Below are positions 1 through 6,958 of a DNA stretch of 39,923 nucleotides, piece by piece. The translations under genes were made by a program, and so were the position numbers. Position 1 is the first letter of the stretch. Each line of letters starts with the position of its first letter. The notes under the pieces are model-generated. The model ran no database searches. It worked only from the letters and a program-made list of their open reading frames with translations, and was not told the DNA's origin. This DNA is from a virus: the IMG/VR virus record IMGVR_UViG_3300015175_000005, positions 1-39,923 of that record. One strand, written 5' to 3'.

Positions 1-25
1 CGTCAGGGTATAAATTCCGTTGATA
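1..25. repeat. Direct terminal repeat copy 1 (att core or circular-assembly overlap)
   Basis: CGTCAGGGTATAAATTCCGTTGATA is identical to 39899-39923. Confidence 0.95.
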
Positions 26-207
26 CGCTCCACCTTGCGCGGGAGTGGCGCTGAACCGTTGGAATACTGCGGAAACGTAGACGGCGGAATGGTTTTCATG
101 GCGTCGTACAGGCGCAACGCTGATACAAGTTCTACGTCTGAAAACGTCGTTTTACGCCCACTTAGAGTGTGATTTAGAGTGGACTCCCGAACACAGGGAG
201 GACAGTC

Positions 208-1428
208 ATGGCCAGCAGGGCGAGAAACAGGAGGACCGGAGGATCCGGAAGCGTGTTCCAGGACTCCAAAGGACGATGGCATTTCCGCAAGGACATGGGA
301 ACCGACCCGACGACCGGACGCCGCCGTCCGCCGATCGAGGCCACGGGCATGGTGAAAAGCGAGGCGCGCGCCCGCTTCCAGGCGAAGATCGCCGAATGGG
401 AGCGGGACGGAAGACTGCCCAGCAAGGACGGCCCCAAGACCGCCGACTACTTCGAACGGTGGATGGATGAGCACCGCGCGGCCATCAACCCCACCACATG
501 GCGCAACGAATCCAGCTGGATGCGCACCATGAATGCCATCATCGGCGACATACGCCTCAACCGGCTCACCGCCAACGACATCAACGTCATGTGCAGACGA
601 CTGCGCCGCACACGCAAAGGCAGGACCATCAACACCTACCTCGCGATCCTCGGGGCCATGCTCCGAACCGCGAAACGGAACGGACTCATCGCATGCAACC
701 CCATGGAAGACGTCAGACGGATGCCGGAGGACCGATACGAACGCCCCATCCTCGACGACGCCGACCCCGCGAAGGTGATCGAGGCGGCGCTCGCCGACCC
801 GGGACGCATGGCGGCCGCGTTCGACGGTCCGGACGAACGCGAGAAATGGGCCCTCATGTTCGAACTCGCCTTCACCACGGGCATGCGGCCGGGCGAGCGG
901 TACGGCCTGATGCCCTACCAGCTGGAACTGCATCACGGCGTGCCGACCATCAACGTGTGCCAGCAGGCCAAACCGATACCGTCCAACGCCACGATCCCGG
1001 ACTGGATGGTCGCCGAACACCTGGACGGGGTGATCTGGCTGACCAAACCGAAGACCACCAAAGGCATACGCACGGTCCCCATCCCGCAGGGCCTTTGGGA
1101 CCGGCTCTGGGCCCACATCGTCAAATGGGGCATACCGCCGCACGGCCTCGTGTTCACCAACCTCTACGGGCGGCCCGTCAGACGGGACAACGAGGAGAAA
1201 CGATGGCGGCGCGCCCTGCAGGCCGCTGGACTCCCATACGTGGACATCTACAGCGCCCGCCACTGGCTCGCCACCGAACTCGCGGCCGCCGGAGCGAACG
1301 ACGAGCAGCGCACCGCCATCATGGGCCACACCGACATCCACACCACCAGCGTGTACACGCATTGGCGGGAACAGGCGCTCGCCAAGACGCTCGACGCCGC
1401 CCTGCCAGACCTCCGCGACGTCCAGTGA
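208..1428 (+). CDS. int: Tyrosine recombinase / phage integrase
   Basis: 406-aa ORF with a GGGAGGA RBS upstream of the ATG. C-terminal catalytic pattern ARHWLATE ... GHTDIHTTSVYTHW (R..H-x-x-R..Y type). Adjacent to the att repeat. Confidence 0.95.
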   Translation: MASRARNRRTGGSGSVFQDSKGRWHFRKDMGTDPTTGRRRPPIEATGMVKSEARARFQAKIAEWERDGRLPSKDGPKTADYFERWMDEHRAAINPTTWRNESSWMRTMNAIIGDIRLNRLTANDINVMCRRLRRTRKGRTINTYLAILGAMLRTAKRNGLIACNPMEDVRRMPEDRYERPILDDADPAKVIEAALADPGRMAAAFDGPDEREKWALMFELAFTTGMRPGERYGLMPYQLELHHGVPTINVCQQAKPIPSNATIPDWMVAEHLDGVIWLTKPKTTKGIRTVPIPQGLWDRLWAHIVKWGIPPHGLVFTNLYGRPVRRDNEEKRWRRALQAAGLPYVDIYSARHWLATELAAAGANDEQRTAIMGHTDIHTTSVYTHWREQALAKTLDAALPDLRDVQ

Positions 1429-1464
1429 CGGACTGCGACGGCTTTTCCGCAACACGAAAGAGTA

Positions 1465-1493
1465 TTGACGCACACCGCGCTCGCCGGTAGATT
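1465..1493 (+). promoter_or_regulatory. Putative sigma70-like promoter for the 1517 gene
   Basis: TTGACG (1465-1470), 17-nt spacer, TAGATT (1488-1493). Lies about 24 nt upstream of the AAGGAGG RBS. Confidence 0.45.
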
Positions 1494-1516
1494 GAGATAC
1501 GAAGCAAGGAGGTGCC

Positions 1517-2065
1517 GTGGACGATGAGCATGAGGACGTTGATGGAATCGATGCGGCGCGGAGCGGCGGCCGGAACAAGGATAGCGGTGACGAGACACGT
1601 GGAGTACAGGTCGCCGATTCAGGTGAAGTCGGCCTCGGAACTCCAGACGGCAGCGTGGAACAGGGTCGGTCGGACGCTCCGGGAGTCGATGAAACGGGAG
1701 AAGGCGTCCGACAGGTAGCCGTCCAATGGCGCTCCGCCCCACTGCCGACCGTCGACGAGTTCGCAGGCTACGAACGAATCCAGCCGGGAGCCGCGGACAG
1801 GATCATCACCATGGCCGAGAAATCACTCGACGCGGAGATCGAAGCTCAAAGAACATCGAATGAGGTTGCGGCCGACGACCATAAAGCGCAGAACATCTGC
1901 ATGATCATCGCCACTACCGCCTATTCGATTCTCCCATACGCCGGATTCGGAAGCGCGATCGCCTGCGCCGCGTTCGGACAACCGGTGGCCGCCACCCTCG
2001 GTGCACTCATCGGAGCCGTCACGGCCGGACCACAAATAATCCAGGAAATCAGGAAAAAGAGATAA
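1517..2065 (+). CDS. DUF2335-like membrane protein (moron)
   Basis: GTG start after AAGGAGG (1506-1512). Motif PLPTVDEFAGYERIQPGAADRIITMAEK is typical of the DUF2335 pattern. Two C-terminal hydrophobic helices and an acidic N-terminus. Confidence 0.8.
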   Translation: MDDEHEDVDGIDAARSGGRNKDSGDETRGVQVADSGEVGLGTPDGSVEQGRSDAPGVDETGEGVRQVAVQWRSAPLPTVDEFAGYERIQPGAADRIITMAEKSLDAEIEAQRTSNEVAADDHKAQNICMIIATTAYSILPYAGFGSAIACAAFGQPVAATLGALIGAVTAGPQIIQEIRKKR

Positions 2066-2074
2066 CAACAAATA

Positions 2075-2116
2075 CCCTGGCGCTCGCGGTATGCGGGTGG
2101 CCGGGGTCATTTTTTA
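2075..2116. terminator. Putative bidirectional terminator between convergent genes
   Basis: CCCTGGC (2075-2081) pairs with GCCGGGG (2100-2106) including one G-U, followed by TCATTTTTTA. Sits between the 1517..2065 (+) and 2180..3742 (-) genes. Confidence 0.45.
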
Positions 2117-2159
2117 TAAGGAATCCGAACGGGTATAAGGCTCTATAAGCACGTATAAA
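2115..2159. repeat. Phased TATAAG/TATAAA array
   Basis: TATAAG at 2115, 2134 and 2144, and TATAAA at 2154 (spacings 19, 10, 10), in an AT-rich patch downstream of both convergent genes. Confidence 0.5.
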
Positions 2160-2179
2160 TATGTGATGAGGTGATCGCG

Positions 2180-3742
2180 TTATCGTGAACCTGCATCATC
2201 GTCCGATGGAAGATCGACGGAGACCTTCACTTGACCATCGCTTTTTTCGATGGTTGCGGAGGTGACTTTCGTCTCGGATCCGAATGGATTGGTGTTCGTC
2301 GGCAGTGCCACGGTGCCTAGGACGGTTCCGCTTAGACGGATTACCAGGACGTCTGCCGATGGTTTCACAGTCACCCAGACATGCGATTGGTCCTCGAATT
2401 GGTCGAGGATCTCGTCAAGTCCGTCCACCGGCTCGATGCGTACTGTCCTGCCGATGGGGGTGAGCACCTTCTTGTGAGGTTTCGCATTTGAGAACATGAC
2501 GCTCTTCACGTTGGAGAATTGCTTTTTCGGGCTCGGCGTGACGGGTTTCGGCTTCCTTGGCTTCTCTGTCTTCGGAGACTCCATGCCTTGGCGGGTGAGC
2601 TCCATCGGGTCGTGTTCCTCCGGCATCTGCAGGCGTAGCTGCCATATGTGTCGATCCTTGTCCTTCACCCTGTCCGGGACATGGGCGAGCATCACGGCAC
2701 CCTCGGGAGGTACCTGACCACAGTGACGCTCCATCTGGTATTTGCTTATATATCCGATTTCCTCGCCGTCGAGAAACACCCAGTACGTGGGGTATCCTGC
2801 ATACTTGCCCTTCCGTATCCGGTCTTCCATGACATAGACCCAGACCCATGCGTCGTATCCGTATCTTTTCAGGATCCGCTGGTGATCCTCGTCTCCGGAG
2901 ATCTCCACGCCGCACTCTATGGTCTCGATCATGACGCCATCCGGCTTCGCGTTGACCGCGCTTGGCATCTCGCCGCCGAGATAAGCGCTCTTCATGAAGA
3001 AGGAGTCCTTGCGGCGCCTGTCGCGGAGCGCCCGCCGCTTCGATTCGTCCCTCTCGGTTTGCGTGAGCGTCCTCGGGGTGTACATGACCTCCAGCCGGCG
3101 CCAGCATTCGAGAGTCCACCGGGCGTCGGACAGGGCGCGATGCTCCTCGGTGACCTGCATGCCAAGCAGCCGCATGGTCTCCTGCAGGCTTGCCGATGGT
3201 GCGTTTGGGAACTTCGCCATTGCCAACGACATCGTATCGATGCAGGTCGTGTCAAGACAATCGATGCCGAGTCGTGACGCTTCCTTGTTCAACGCGGAAA
3301 TGTCATAGCTGATGTTATGGCCGATCAGTGTGAGGTTCGAGATGGCTGCGAGGAATTCGGGGATTACCTGTTCCGCGTTCGGCTGGGACAGCAAGGACTC
3401 TTCGGTGATTCCGGTCAAAAGCGTTGCCGACGCCGGCAGGTCGCATTCGGGGGAGATAAGTTGCTCCCATTCGCAGGTCGGCACGTTGTTCCTTATCAGG
3501 ATTGCGCCGATATCGATGACACGTGTCCCGGAAGGGGAACTTATCGTTTCCGTGTCGATGACGACGGCATCGGCGATGGCGGCGTTCATTCTGAACTCGG
3601 CGAACGAATCCAGACCGTCATCGCCCGCATGCGATTCTCCGGACAATCCACTTTCCACAGGTACGGACGATTGTCCCTTGTCCTTCTTCGATACGGCGTA
3701 GGCGATGGCCGCAACGGCAACGATGACTATGACCAGCGTCAT
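2180..3742 (-). CDS. Membrane-anchored DEDDh (DnaQ-like) 3'-5' exonuclease with an uncharacterised C-terminal half of about 290 aa
   Basis: N-terminal TM helix MTLVIVIVAVAAIAYAV followed by KKDK. ExoI VVIDTETIS (D63, E65), ExoII LIGHNISYDISAL, ExoIII HRALSDARW. Its start overlaps the stop of the upstream ImmA-like gene (ATGA). Confidence 0.85.
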   Translation of the reverse strand: MTLVIVIVAVAAIAYAVSKKDKGQSSVPVESGLSGESHAGDDGLDSFAEFRMNAAIADAVVIDTETISSPSGTRVIDIGAILIRNNVPTCEWEQLISPECDLPASATLLTGITEESLLSQPNAEQVIPEFLAAISNLTLIGHNISYDISALNKEASRLGIDCLDTTCIDTMSLAMAKFPNAPSASLQETMRLLGMQVTEEHRALSDARWTLECWRRLEVMYTPRTLTQTERDESKRRALRDRRRKDSFFMKSAYLGGEMPSAVNAKPDGVMIETIECGVEISGDEDHQRILKRYGYDAWVWVYVMEDRIRKGKYAGYPTYWVFLDGEEIGYISKYQMERHCGQVPPEGAVMLAHVPDRVKDKDRHIWQLRLQMPEEHDPMELTRQGMESPKTEKPRKPKPVTPSPKKQFSNVKSVMFSNAKPHKKVLTPIGRTVRIEPVDGLDEILDQFEDQSHVWVTVKPSADVLVIRLSGTVLGTVALPTNTNPFGSETKVTSATIEKSDGQVKVSVDLPSDDDAGSR

Positions 3743-4131
3743 TCCACTATCCTTTCTCCATAAGCCGTCGTGACACGAGAAGCCAACAGCGACTTGTAAT
3801 CCTCCACAACCTGCACCGTCACGCCAAGCTCACACGCGATGAGATAAGAGTCCCCGTCGTACAGTCGTTCGGCGGTCGCATATTCGACGGGGCCCACGAG
3901 CCATAACGCGGTCTCCTTGCGGGTGCGCTGTTCCGCTTTTGTTCCGATGATTCCGCATCCAGGGTCATGGTGTCTCGCATGCACGAGCTCATGGCAGAGC
4001 GTGCACATCTTCTGATGGTCAAGCAGTCGATTGTCAACGATGATGAGCCGCAACGTATCACAGTACAGTCCACACAACCCGCGACCCAGGCTGCGTTCCT
4101 CCACGCGCACGTCCATCGACTCCGCCTCCAT
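3739..4131 (-). CDS. ImmA/IrrE-family (COG2856-like) zinc metalloprotease
   Basis: 130-aa ORF with an HExxH motif (CHELVHARHHD) in the usual ImmA context. Its stop overlaps the start of the exonuclease gene. Confidence 0.8.
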   Translation of the reverse strand: MEAESMDVRVEERSLGRGLCGLYCDTLRLIIVDNRLLDHQKMCTLCHELVHARHHDPGCGIIGTKAEQRTRKETALWLVGPVEYATAERLYDGDSYLIACELGVTVQVVEDYKSLLASRVTTAYGERIVE

Positions 4132-4151
4132 CAGAAGCCCGTCATAACTGT

Positions 4152-4310
4152 CTATCGGCCCTCACCGCCGTTCATCTCGATTTCCTTATTCGGATCCCTG
4201 TTGGCGGCCACGTCATAGTCCTCGGGGTGCGCGGCGATACGGTCGATGAGATCATCGGTGATCTGGGATTCGCGCTCGCGGGCCTCGTAGACGCGGGCGG
4301 CTTTTAAGGT
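4152..4310 (-). pseudogene. 5'-truncated ORF remnant (no usable start codon) upstream of the ImmA-like gene
   Basis: Open minus-strand frame ...KAARVYEARERESQITDDLIDRIAAHPEDYDVAANRDPNKEIEMNGGEGR*, with its stop at 4152-4154. There is no ATG/GTG/TTG upstream of the GC/AT junction near 4300. The coding-like GC-rich part ends exactly at that junction. Confidence 0.35.
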
Positions 4311-4311
4311 A

Positions 4312-4347
4312 GAGTCCCGACATTCATTGAGCTGTACATCGGGACTC
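4312..4347 (-). terminator. Stem-loop immediately downstream of the nuclease gene
   Basis: GAGTCCCGA (4312-4320) and TCGGGACTC (4339-4347) form a 9-bp perfect stem with an 18-nt loop, with no strong U-tract. Possible attenuator or processing site. Confidence 0.4.
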
Positions 4348-4369
4348 GAACTATTTTCAAATGATGCTG

Positions 4370-5461
4370 TTATAGAAGGCGTCGCACCTCTTCGCGAATC
4401 CGCTCGGAATATGCGTAGATGCCATTAAGCGTATCGATGGGCATGCGCTCGCAGTTCTTGTTCTCGCCGAAAACACCGAGATATTTCTGCTTGGTGTTGA
4501 AGTAGAGGCGAGCAATCGGTTTTCGATTGTTGTCATCGAGGAAGATGGCGCAGTATTTCTTCGCGTCTCTCATGGTCACCCGTTCCGGATCCACATCGCT
4601 GCATGCGATGGCTTTGATGATTCGGTAACCTGCGATTTCCTCCTCGGTGGTGACGATTCCATCGTCCTCGTTGTCATCGGATTCGTTCTCGACGTTTGCT
4701 TCCTCGTCTGCGTAGTCCGGTTCGGCTGTGCCGGCCTTGATGTCATCGGCTCCGAGGGCTGTCTTGAGTCGGTCGTTGACCTGGTCGGAGAGGAATTGTT
4801 TAAGCGCCTTGCCGACCAATGGCCTGAATTTTTCCATGACGGAAGCATAGAAGGAACCATCATACACATGGCTGGCGAGCAGTTTTACAAATTCATCGGA
4901 CGGGCTCTTGAATTCCTCTCCAATGGCTCTCTTGAGTGCGCCCACGTATTTGAGCTCTTCGGCACTGCTGGCGATGGAATCAAGGTCGAATGCCGGCTTG
5001 GTCAGCTTCTGCAACGCCGGGATTATCGTCGGGTCGATATCCAATAGATCCAGCACTAGGAACGGCTTCGAATCCATGCGGTTCGGCTCATCGATGTCCA
5101 TGTAGAAATTCCATACCTGCCCGTTGGTCAGAACGCCGATGCGCGCGTTCGTGACGGCGAAGTAGCGGTACAGTTGACTTGCGTTCTCCAAGCTGAGCGG
5201 TACGCCGATCTTCTTGCATTCGATAAGAATCTGCACTTGATCGTCATGCACGAGCGCGTAATCGACTTTCTCGCCTTTTTTGACTCCAACGTCGGCGGTG
5301 AATTCCGGCACGACCTCGGTTGGATTGAATACGTCATAACCGAGTACTTGGCCGATGAACGGCATGATGAACGCGTTCTTCGTGGCTTCCTCTGTTTCGA
5401 TGCCCTCTTTGAGGTCGCGTACCTTCGCGGCGACTTGGTTAAGGCTCTCCTCGAACTCCAT
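4370..5461 (-). CDS. HsdR-N-terminal-type PD-(D/E)xK nuclease-fold protein
   Basis: 363 aa, with an AAGGGAG RBS. The N-terminus EEATKNAFIMPFIGQVLGYD...KVDYALVHDDQVQILIECKK gives a D-x13-E-x-K motif as in HSDR_N-type domains. There is an acidic linker and a C-terminal domain (TTEEEIAGYRIIKAI...). Only 15 nt downstream of the repressor stop. Low GC. Confidence 0.8.
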   Translation of the reverse strand: MEFEESLNQVAAKVRDLKEGIETEEATKNAFIMPFIGQVLGYDVFNPTEVVPEFTADVGVKKGEKVDYALVHDDQVQILIECKKIGVPLSLENASQLYRYFAVTNARIGVLTNGQVWNFYMDIDEPNRMDSKPFLVLDLLDIDPTIIPALQKLTKPAFDLDSIASSAEELKYVGALKRAIGEEFKSPSDEFVKLLASHVYDGSFYASVMEKFRPLVGKALKQFLSDQVNDRLKTALGADDIKAGTAEPDYADEEANVENESDDNEDDGIVTTEEEIAGYRIIKAIACSDVDPERVTMRDAKKYCAIFLDDNNRKPIARLYFNTKQKYLGVFGENKNCERMPIDTLNGIYAYSERIREEVRRLL

Positions 5462-5476
5462 TGTTGTTCTCCCTTC

Positions 5477-5824
5477 TTATTTGGTTTTGATGGATTCTTC
5501 GATTTTGATGCGGTCGGCCCACTTGTCGATGTCGACGTCCTCGTGCGATGCCTCGAAATCGCCTATGATATCCGGGTCCTTGCTGAGTCCATCCGCGTCG
5601 GCGATGATCTGCGACAGCGGCATCTTCAAGGCGTCCGCGATCCGGTGCAGCTGCTCATAGTCGGCAACGGTGTTCAAATCAAATATCTTGCGTAGTGTGC
5701 TATATGGCACATTTGATTTCTCGGCTAATGCTGGGCCTTTAATTTCTCTTGTTGCCATCGCCCGTTTGATTGCTATCGATAATGCCTTTGATTCGATAGT
5801 CGGGATTTTCTTTCCTGTTGCCAT
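5477..5824 (-). CDS. CI-like XRE-family HTH repressor (no S24 peptidase domain)
   Basis: 115 aa with HTH ALAEKSNVPYSTLRKIF. Divergent from a Cro-like gene across an 82-bp AT-rich region. Confidence 0.85.
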   Translation of the reverse strand: MATGKKIPTIESKALSIAIKRAMATREIKGPALAEKSNVPYSTLRKIFDLNTVADYEQLHRIADALKMPLSQIIADADGLSKDPDIIGDFEASHEDVDIDKWADRIKIEESIKTK

Positions 5825-5880
5825 AGTTAGAACTTTAGACCCAATTGGGATATAGATAACTCATATGGGACACGCCGAAG

Positions 5881-5908
5881 TTGACATAGGTCATATATAA
5901 CATAATAT
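5881..5908 (+). promoter_or_regulatory. Putative rightward early promoter (PR-like), possibly giving a leaderless cro transcript
   Basis: TTGACA (5881-5886), 16-nt spacer, TAATAT (5903-5908). The -10 overlaps ATG 5907, and a second in-frame ATG lies at 5916. Flanked by TCATATGGGA (5861), TCATATATAA (5891) and TCTATATGGGA (5911) operator-like repeats. Confidence 0.5.
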
Positions 5909-6152
5909 GTTCTATATGGGAACAAATAAGCTCGATTCACAATATCTCGGAAAAGCGATGAAGTCTGCAATAAAGCATGCTGGGCTCACGCAGGATGAAG
6001 CCGGCATCAAGGCCGGCATTCCACGCAACAGTCTCAACCGCAAACTCAACGGCGGAACATTCAACTTCGACGAGCTTACCCGCATCAGCCAAGTCGCCGG
6101 ACGCAAGCTCTCCGACATCATCAAAGACGCCGAAGCGCTCGCCGACGCATGA
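5907..6152 (+). CDS. Cro-like XRE-family HTH regulator
   Basis: 81 aa (78 aa if started at ATG 5916) with HTH GLTQDEAGIKAGIPRNSLNRKL. Divergent from the repressor. Confidence 0.8.
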   Translation: MFYMGTNKLDSQYLGKAMKSAIKHAGLTQDEAGIKAGIPRNSLNRKLNGGTFNFDELTRISQVAGRKLSDIIKDAEALADA

Positions 6153-6174
6153 ATCGAAAGGAGAATCCGAAATA

Positions 6175-6474
6175 ATGACTACCAAGAAAACGATGATTAC
6201 CGAAATCGATCTTTATGAGTTGACGGACAAACAGTCTCAAGCGCTCGTCGAACTGCTCGGGGAGGATCCACTGGAGATGGGCGCTCTCGATGTGCAACCG
6301 ATTCACGTGGTGTATTCGCCAGGACAAGATCTCACTGTGGTCAGGTACATGAAAATGCGGCAGATCAAAGGCAATCAACTCGGCCATATCCTCGGCATCA
6401 CGACCGGTGGTACGGAGGGACCGGTTTCATCACGAAGAAACGATGGGATAGATCGTCGGGAAGAGCCCAGGTGA
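6175..6474 (+). CDS. Hypothetical early protein
   Basis: ATG 6175 preceded by AAAGGAGAA. This is the internal start of the 5977..6474 ORF. The last 77 nt overlap the convergent 6398..6934 gene. Confidence 0.55.
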   Translation: MTTKKTMITEIDLYELTDKQSQALVELLGEDPLEMGALDVQPIHVVYSPGQDLTVVRYMKMRQIKGNQLGHILGITTGGTEGPVSSRRNDGIDRREEPR

Positions 6475-6934
6475 TGCGTACGTCATCGTTGGTGCTGACT
6501 TCCAGACCTCGTTCGAGGAACAGGAAGCTTGATTCGGAGCCGCGCGAGATGTCGCCGAGTTCGTACTCGTTGCCATTCGAAAGCTCGACCCTCACATCCT
6601 TGGCGTCGAACGGATTGTTGTTCGCGACGGAATGTCTGAGGTTCTGCACCTGGCGAATCCCCCATTCCGGAACGGACGCCTCATCTTCCTGGATGGTCGC
6701 TTGGCGTTGCAGGGCGTCAGCCTGCGACTCAAGGGCACGCACCTGATCGCGAAGCGTTGAAACCGTGGCATTCGACGCTTCGAGCTGTTCTCGCAACAGT
6801 TCGATGTCTTCCTCACGGTCCTTGTTCCGTTCTTTCGAACTCTTGTGTTCGACGACCCATCCAACGACCGTCACGACCAGCGTGAGAACGAATGCGGCGA
6901 ATTCGATGCCGTGCTGTGAAAACCAATCAGTCAT
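6398..6934 (-). CDS. Membrane-anchored coiled-coil protein (leftward moron; possible superinfection-exclusion type)
   Basis: ATG at 6934 (MTDWFSQHG...) is preferred over the TTG at 6976. TM helix IEFAAFVLTLVVTVVGWVV, coiled coil LREQLEASNATVSTLRDQVRALESQADALQRQ, and a small C-terminal domain. Confidence 0.65.
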   Translation of the reverse strand: MTDWFSQHGIEFAAFVLTLVVTVVGWVVEHKSSKERNKDREEDIELLREQLEASNATVSTLRDQVRALESQADALQRQATIQEDEASVPEWGIRQVQNLRHSVANNNPFDAKDVRVELSNGNEYELGDISRGSESSFLFLERGLEVSTNDDVRITWALPDDLSHRFFVMKPVPPYHRS

Positions 6935-6958
6935 GAAAACGATTCTAAGGAGAATCCA

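Noticed and set aside
498-1490. 330-aa alternative-frame ORF inside the integrase gene.
   Set aside because: The translation is His/Arg/Pro-rich and low in complexity. The integrase frame has clear catalytic motifs and an RBS.
5977-6174. N-terminal extension of the 6175..6474 gene.
   Set aside because: It overlaps the Cro-like gene out of frame. ATG 6175 has a proper RBS.
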